Shown here piece by piece: positions 58,971-64,000 of a DNA stretch of 64,000 nucleotides. The notes under the pieces are model-generated. The model was not told the origin of the DNA and did not search any database. It was given only the letters and a program-made list of their open reading frames with translations. The position numbers and the translations under genes were made by a program. This DNA is from an uncultured Gemmatimonadota bacterium (GTDB lineage: Bacteria; Gemmatimonadota; Gemmatimonadetes; Palauibacterales; Palauibacteraceae), in assembly GCA_964510615.1 (NCBI GenBank), contig CAZEBA010000009.1, positions 5,815 to 69,814 of the forward strand. Reading direction: 5' to 3'. The stretch's first letter is position 1. Every line of letters starts with the position of its first letter.

Positions 58971-59780
58971 TCAAGCCGGCTGCGGTTCCAGCGCGGACGC
59001 TCCGGCCTTCTCTTCCCGGTAGAGCTCGAACGCCTCCTCCACTCCGGCGCCCTCCTGGACGATCGAGCGCACGGCCTTGATCATCCCGACCGGACAGTCG
59101 GATTGGAAGATGTTGCGCCCCATGTCGACGCCCGAGGCGCCGCACTGGATCGCGTCGTAGGCCATCTGCAGGGCATCCGGCTCCGGCTGTTTCTTGCCGC
59201 CGGCGATCACGATCGGGACCGGCGTGTTCCGCACGACTTCCTCGAAGCCCTCGCAGTAGTAGGTCTTCACCATATGCGCCCCGAGCTCGGCCGAGATCCG
59301 GCAGGCCAGCCCAAGGTAGCGGGCATCCCGGTTCATGTTCTTGCCCACGGCCGTGACCGCGAGCACGGGAAGTCCGTGCGCCTGACCGGCGTCGATCAGC
59401 CGGGCGAGGTTGAGGAGCGTCTCCCGTTCCCCTTCCTCCCCGACGAAGATCGAGAGCGTGATGGCCGACGCGTTCAGCCGGATCGCGTCTTCGACCGCCA
59501 CCGTCAGCCCCTCGTTGGAGAGCTCGGTCAGCACGCTGGTGCCGCCGGACATCCGGAGCACGATCGGGATCTCCGTCTCCGGCGGGATGCAGGAGCGCAG
59601 CACGCCGCGCGTGAGCATGAGGGAGTCGGCGTGCGGCAGCAGCTCCCTGACCGTCTCGTAGGGCGCTTCCAGTCCGGTCGTCGGGCCCAGGAAGTAGCCG
59701 TGATCGATCGCCAGCATGAGCGTCCTGCCGGTCGCCGGCCGAAAGATCCGGCTGAGCCGGTTGTTCATTCCCCAATCCAT
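58971..59780 (-). CDS. DhnA/LsrF-type class I aldolase (DeoC/FbaB family)
   Basis: LMLAIDHGYFLGP, Schiff-base lysine region HMVKTYY, and IVIAGGKK. Confidence 0.7.
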   Translation of the reverse strand: MDWGMNNRLSRIFRPATGRTLMLAIDHGYFLGPTTGLEAPYETVRELLPHADSLMLTRGVLRSCIPPETEIPIVLRMSGGTSVLTELSNEGLTVAVEDAIRLNASAITLSIFVGEEGERETLLNLARLIDAGQAHGLPVLAVTAVGKNMNRDARYLGLACRISAELGAHMVKTYYCEGFEEVVRNTPVPIVIAGGKKQPEPDALQMAYDAIQCGASGVDMGRNIFQSDCPVGMIKAVRSIVQEGAGVEEAFELYREEKAGASALEPQPA

Positions 59781-59784
59781 CTCG

Positions 59785-60801
59785 TCAGTCCTCCATCTCC
59801 GGCGAGTATTCCCCCTTCCGCGCCGCCGCCGTGAGCTGTGCGCGCTTGTAGAACGCCGACCGGGCCGCGTCGAGCTGGGACTCGACGCCTCCCCACACCT
59901 GGAGCGGGGTGGCCTGCAGGCCGCGTCCGTACGAGAAGGTGAGCTCCCAGGGACCGTGATCGTCCAGCTGGTTCATGGCGTTCAGGTTCTCGGTCGCTTC
60001 CCGGTCGCTCTGTCCTCCGGAGAGGAAGGCGATGCCCGGAACGGCCGCCGGCACGGAGCGGCGGAAGCACTTCACGGTAGCGGCGGCGACCTCCTCCGGC
60101 CCGGCGCGGTTCGACGCGCCCTTGCCGGAGAGCACCATGTTGGGCTTGAGCACCATGCCCTCGAGCACCACGCCCTGCGCGTCCAGCTCTTCGAACACCC
60201 GGTGGAGAGTGTTCTCGGTCACGTCGAAGCAGCGCCCGATGTCGTGGTCACCGTCCATGAGGACCTCGGGCTCCACGATCGGGACGAGGCCCGCCTCCTG
60301 GGAGAGTGCCGCGAAGCGTGCCAGGGCATGCGCGTTCGTGTCGATGCAGTACGGCGTCGGAATCCCCTCGCCGATGGTGATGACGGCCCGCCACTTCGTG
60401 AACCGCGCCCCGAGCTCACCGTACTCTTCGAGGCGCCCGCGAAGGCCGTCGAGGCCATCGGTGATCTTCTCCCTCGAGGCGTTCGCGAGCGGGTTGGTGC
60501 TCTTGTCGACCTTGATCCCGGGAATCACCCCCTCGGCCTCGATCACCTCGACGAACGTGCGGCCGTCATCGGCCGACTGACGTATCGTCTCGTCGAACAG
60601 GATCACTCCGCTGATGAACTCCCCGAACCCTTCGGTGGTGAACAGCAGCTGTCGCCAGCGGCGGCGATTCTCCTCGGTGTTCTCCGCTCCGATGCTGGCC
60701 AGGCGCTTGGCGATCGTCCCCGTGCTCTCATCGGCAGCGAGGATCCCCCTTCCCGGAGCCACCATGGCCCGGGCCGTCTCCGTGAGTGCCGCTATGTTCA
60801 T
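59785..60801 (-). CDS. Class I fructose-bisphosphate aldolase (eukaryotic/Fba-I type)
   Basis: GILAADESTGTIAKRL N-terminal signature, LEGMVLKPNMV (Schiff-base Lys), and IAFLSGGQS. Start at MNIAAL. Confidence 0.85.
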   Translation of the reverse strand: MNIAALTETARAMVAPGRGILAADESTGTIAKRLASIGAENTEENRRRWRQLLFTTEGFGEFISGVILFDETIRQSADDGRTFVEVIEAEGVIPGIKVDKSTNPLANASREKITDGLDGLRGRLEEYGELGARFTKWRAVITIGEGIPTPYCIDTNAHALARFAALSQEAGLVPIVEPEVLMDGDHDIGRCFDVTENTLHRVFEELDAQGVVLEGMVLKPNMVLSGKGASNRAGPEEVAAATVKCFRRSVPAAVPGIAFLSGGQSDREATENLNAMNQLDDHGPWELTFSYGRGLQATPLQVWGGVESQLDAARSAFYKRAQLTAAARKGEYSPEMED

Positions 60802-61013
60802 GTCGCACTCCATCTCCGAGACTACCGGTCGACTCGAGGCGAATCCCTGTCGCATTCCGGGTTGAGTCGGTCCACACCACGTCCCGGACCGACTCCCAGG
60901 GAGATTACTGCGCCTGGAGGCAAAGAAAAAGGCGATCCGGAACGTGGCCGGTCGTCAGCGGTAGTTAGCTCCCATCGTGTCGATTCTCGCCCCACACGAG
61001 GAGGAACCCGGAC

Positions 61014-63119
61014 GTGAGAGAGAAGATCACCCGCTCGTCGATGAAACCGATCCGCTCCGGCCCGTCGCTCCCTGCCGCGCTGGCGGCGATCGCGGCGCTG
61101 GCTGGCTTCCTGGGCAAGCCCGTCGCTGCAGGGGCGCAGACGGCCGCCTCGGAGCTCGAGGCGGGCGCCCGAGTCGAGTCCATCCGGACCGTGCCCGGCG
61201 GTCCCATCCGGCTCGGCATGGGCGACACGCTCGAGGTGAGCCTCGACTTCCTGGACGCCGACGGGGCTTCGGTCCGGGGTTTTCGCTGGGGCTTCCAGTT
61301 CGCTCCGCAGATCGCGGCGGCGTTACCCGATCGAGACCGCGGATCGGGCGCCTTCCGAATCTGGGGAGTGAAGCCCGGCCGGACGGCCCTCCAGATCGGC
61401 GTCCTGGTGGCGGATGACGACGGCAATCCCGTTCCGAAGATGGTCGACCAGGTCGAGATCGCCATCGAGGACTGGCCGGTTGCCCGGGTGGAGATCGAGC
61501 CCCCCGCGTTCACGGCCTATGCGGGTACGTCCTTCCCGCTGGAGGCCCGAGCGATCACCACCGCCGGAACCTCCCACGCCACCGCCCGGCCGCTCTGGCG
61601 CTCCGAGACCCCCGAGGTGGCGACCGTCACCTCCACGGGCGTGGTGACGGTCGTCCGGCCGGGGACGGCACGACTGACGGCCGAGATCGGAGGGTCCTCG
61701 GCCGCCATCTCCGTGGAGGTCGAGCAGAACCCGGTGGCCGAGGTCACGCTGACGCCGAACCCCGTCTCCGTGCGCACCGGGGACGTGGTGCGGCTCCGGG
61801 CCGAGGCCCGCGATGCGGCGGGACGGCCCGTGTCCGACGCGGCGCTGAGCTACGCCGTCCAGGCGATTCCCTCGGCGGCGACGCCGGGAGCCGTCGTCTA
61901 CGAAGACGGGGCCTTCGTGGCGGAGCGGCCCGGCTCCTACCGCGTCTTCGTCTCCGCCGGGGGCGCCGGCACCTCCACCGTGATCGAGGCCTCGCCCCGA
62001 CCCAGGCCGACGCCGGTGGAGATGCTGAGCCGGGGTGGCAACGTCTCCTCGGCGAGCAGCGACCTCTGGGTGTTCACCGGCGTGGACGGCCGTGACTACG
62101 CCTATCTGGGGACGATGCCATCCGGCGGCGGCGAGCGTCTCTACGTCTGGGATGTCACGGACCCGACGGCCGTGGTCCTCTCCGACTCGGTGGCGATCGA
62201 TGCACGCCGGGTGAACGACGTCAAGGTGAACGAGGACGCGACGTGGGCCGTCGTCACCCGCGAGCAGAACAGCGCCCGCGGCAACGGGATCGTGGTCCTC
62301 GACCTGAGCGACCCCGGCCACCCGACGGTGCTCTCCGAGCTCACGGAAAACCTGACGGCGGGCGTGCACAACGTCTGGATCCACGGCGACGTCGTGTACG
62401 CCGTGAACGACGGCACCAACGCGCTCCACATCCTGGACCTCTCCGATCCCGCGAACCCGACCCACGTGGGAGTCTGGGAGGTCCGTCCGGGCGAGGAGGA
62501 CAAGACGCTGCACGACGTGTGGGCCAAGGACGGGCTCGCCTACCTCTCCTACTGGGACGACGGCCTCGTCATTCTCGATGTGGGGGCCGGCATCAGGGGC
62601 GGTACGCCGAAGAACCCGAAGTTCGTATCGCAGCTCACGTACCGCGTGGACCACGGTGAGGAGTACGGCAACACCCACACCGCGTTTCGGTACGGGGACT
62701 ATGTCTTCGTCGGTGACGAGATCTTCGGCTGCCGCGCCTGCATCAACGGGCCACGCGGGTACATCCACGTCATCGACGTCTCCGACATCGAGCATCCCCG
62801 GGAAGTCGCCAAGTACGAGGTGCCCGAAGCGGGGGCACACAACGTCTGGGTGGAAGACGACCTCTTGTACGTCGCCTACTACCAGGGCGGATTGAGGATC
62901 GTGGACATCTCGGGCGAGCTGCGGGGCGATCTGTACCGGCAGGGCCGGGAGGTCGGATCCTTCCACACCGCGGGCACGAAGGAGGATGCCTACCTGCCGA
63001 ACCAGGCCATGGCCTGGGGACCGCAGCCGTTCAAGGGGAACATCTTCGTCAGCGACAACAACAGCGGGCTCTGGGTGCTCCATCACGAGCCGCCCCCGAC
63101 GGCCGCCGCGGCTCCGTAG
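61014..63119 (+). CDS. Secreted protein with N-terminal Big_2 (bacterial Ig-like) domains and LVIVD-repeat beta-propeller
   Basis: Signal peptide, two Ig-like segments (TATARPLWRSETPEVATVTSTGVVTVVRPGTARLTAEIGG), then repeats of type LYVWDVTDP, GIVVLDLSDP, LHILDLSDP and LVILDV. Confidence 0.7.
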   Translation: MREKITRSSMKPIRSGPSLPAALAAIAALAGFLGKPVAAGAQTAASELEAGARVESIRTVPGGPIRLGMGDTLEVSLDFLDADGASVRGFRWGFQFAPQIAAALPDRDRGSGAFRIWGVKPGRTALQIGVLVADDDGNPVPKMVDQVEIAIEDWPVARVEIEPPAFTAYAGTSFPLEARAITTAGTSHATARPLWRSETPEVATVTSTGVVTVVRPGTARLTAEIGGSSAAISVEVEQNPVAEVTLTPNPVSVRTGDVVRLRAEARDAAGRPVSDAALSYAVQAIPSAATPGAVVYEDGAFVAERPGSYRVFVSAGGAGTSTVIEASPRPRPTPVEMLSRGGNVSSASSDLWVFTGVDGRDYAYLGTMPSGGGERLYVWDVTDPTAVVLSDSVAIDARRVNDVKVNEDATWAVVTREQNSARGNGIVVLDLSDPGHPTVLSELTENLTAGVHNVWIHGDVVYAVNDGTNALHILDLSDPANPTHVGVWEVRPGEEDKTLHDVWAKDGLAYLSYWDDGLVILDVGAGIRGGTPKNPKFVSQLTYRVDHGEEYGNTHTAFRYGDYVFVGDEIFGCRACINGPRGYIHVIDVSDIEHPREVAKYEVPEAGAHNVWVEDDLLYVAYYQGGLRIVDISGELRGDLYRQGREVGSFHTAGTKEDAYLPNQAMAWGPQPFKGNIFVSDNNSGLWVLHHEPPPTAAAAP

Positions 63120-63126
63120 GACCCGG

Positions 63127-64000
63127 GTGTCGACCTCGCTACGGACGGCCGTGGGGCGCCGCAGCAGGGTAGGCCGGCGTCGCCCGCCGGCCCTGGTGCC
63201 GGCCGTGTTCACGGTCTTGGCCGTAACCGGGACCGTCCTTCCCCGACCCGCCGCTGCGCAGGCCGGGGAGGCGACGGGAGGCCGGCCACCGGAGACCGAA
63301 GGTTCCCGCCAGACGCCGTTGTCGCGCTACTGGGTCTACGTGGCCAACGAAGCCTCGGACGTCGTCTCGCGCGTACGCTTCGGGCCGGAGGGGCTGGTGG
63401 TGGAACACGGGACCGAGGTGGGCATCCGGCCGGCCGACATCGACGGCGCGCACGGCGTCAGCATCTCGCCGGATGGCCTGTATTGGTTCGTGTCGGTGGC
63501 CCACGGGACTCCCTTCGGTCAGGTGTGGAAGTACACGACCGGCAGCGACCGGCTGGTGGGCACGGCCACGGTCGGGATGTTCCCCGCCACCATGGCCGTG
63601 ACGCCGGACGGCGTCTCCCTGTTCGCGGTCAACTTCAACCTCCACGGCAGGCCCATCCCCAGTTCCGTCTCGGTTATCTTCGTGCCCGGCATGCAGGAGG
63701 CGGCCAGGATCGAGACGTGCGTGAAGCCGCACGGAAGCGCGATCAATCGGGCCGGCAGCCGGCACTACTCCGTCTGCGTGGGAAGCGACCAGCTGGTGGA
63801 GATCGACGTCGCGGAGCTCGAGGTGACGCGCCGTCTGCTGCTGACGCCCGGAACCGAGCGACCCCTGGCCGCCGCCGGACCGGAGACCCCTTCCCCACCA
63901 ACGGCAGGAGGCGCCGCCTGCAAGCCGACGTGGGTGGTCGTCTCCCCGGATGACCGACGCCTGTACGTCGCCTGCAACGGAAACGCCGAGGTGCTGGAGA
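63127..64000 (+). CDS. YVTN-family beta-propeller repeat protein, secreted (3' partial, runs off the window)
   Basis: This ORF is not in the ORF track because it is open-ended. I translated it by hand in frame 1: signal peptide RRSRVGRRRPPALVPAVFTVLAVTGTVLPRPAAAQA, then YWVYVANEASDVVSRV, SISPDGLYWFV, MAVTPDGVSLFAVN, and VVVSPDDRRLYVACNGNAEV. Confidence 0.6.
   Translation, partial: MSTSLRTAVGRRSRVGRRRPPALVPAVFTVLAVTGTVLPRPAAAQAGEATGGRPPETEGSRQTPLSRYWVYVANEASDVVSRVRFGPEGLVVEHGTEVGIRPADIDGAHGVSISPDGLYWFVSVAHGTPFGQVWKYTTGSDRLVGTATVGMFPATMAVTPDGVSLFAVNFNLHGRPIPSSVSVIFVPGMQEAARIETCVKPHGSAINRAGSRHYSVCVGSDQLVEIDVAELEVTRRLLLTPGTERPLAAAGPETPSPPTAGGAACKPTWVVVSPDDRRLYVACNGNAEVLE

Overview
The window is high-GC DNA (roughly 70% GC by eye), almost entirely coding, with the gene content of a chromosomal segment from a GC-rich soil-type bacterium. 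The ADOP-type duplicated FtsX permease points to the Acidobacteriota or Gemmatimonadota lineage; that is an inference, not a database result. There are about 55 genes, many translationally coupled through ATGA or GTGA overlaps. The supported units are: tetR-MFP-RND efflux (minus strand); hyuA-hyuB-patatin; mntH with a DUF819 gene; icd; an iron/heme group (CDGSH, hemE-hemH, nfuA); a membrane Ser/Thr kinase followed by a transporter-HEAT fusion; a minus-strand catabolic run (SDR, multicopper oxidase, amidohydrolase, cyclase, UMF1 MFS, benzoate-CoA-ligase-like); HlyD-ABC-ADOP; arsR-arsM placed divergently from a long arginine operon argC-argJ-argB/argD-argG-argH-argR; a second ArsR-SRPBCC pair; a Zn-ADH with two class-I aldolases; and secreted beta-propeller proteins. 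Observations worth a second look are: argB and argD forming one uninterrupted reading frame (possible fusion); a GGDEF gene carrying both a frameshift and an in-frame TAG (pseudogene); a TLC/MFS-like transporter fused to HEAT repeats next to the kinase; three separate short tandem-repeat arrays at gene 5' ends (21 bp x5 before hemE, 20 bp x2.5 at the DUF819 start, 15 bp x4 at the saccharopine-DH start); and AT-rich palindromes that look like TetR and ArsR operators. I found no CRISPR array, rRNA, tRNA or obvious mobile element. I could not identify an unambiguous, self-contained novel system; the transporter-HEAT/kinase pair and the argB-argD fusion are the strongest candidates for previously undescribed biology. 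Coordinates of start codons are my best reading and may be off by a few nt; at one locus (~31.1 kb) my hand indexing differed from the ORF track by 2 nt and I used the track.
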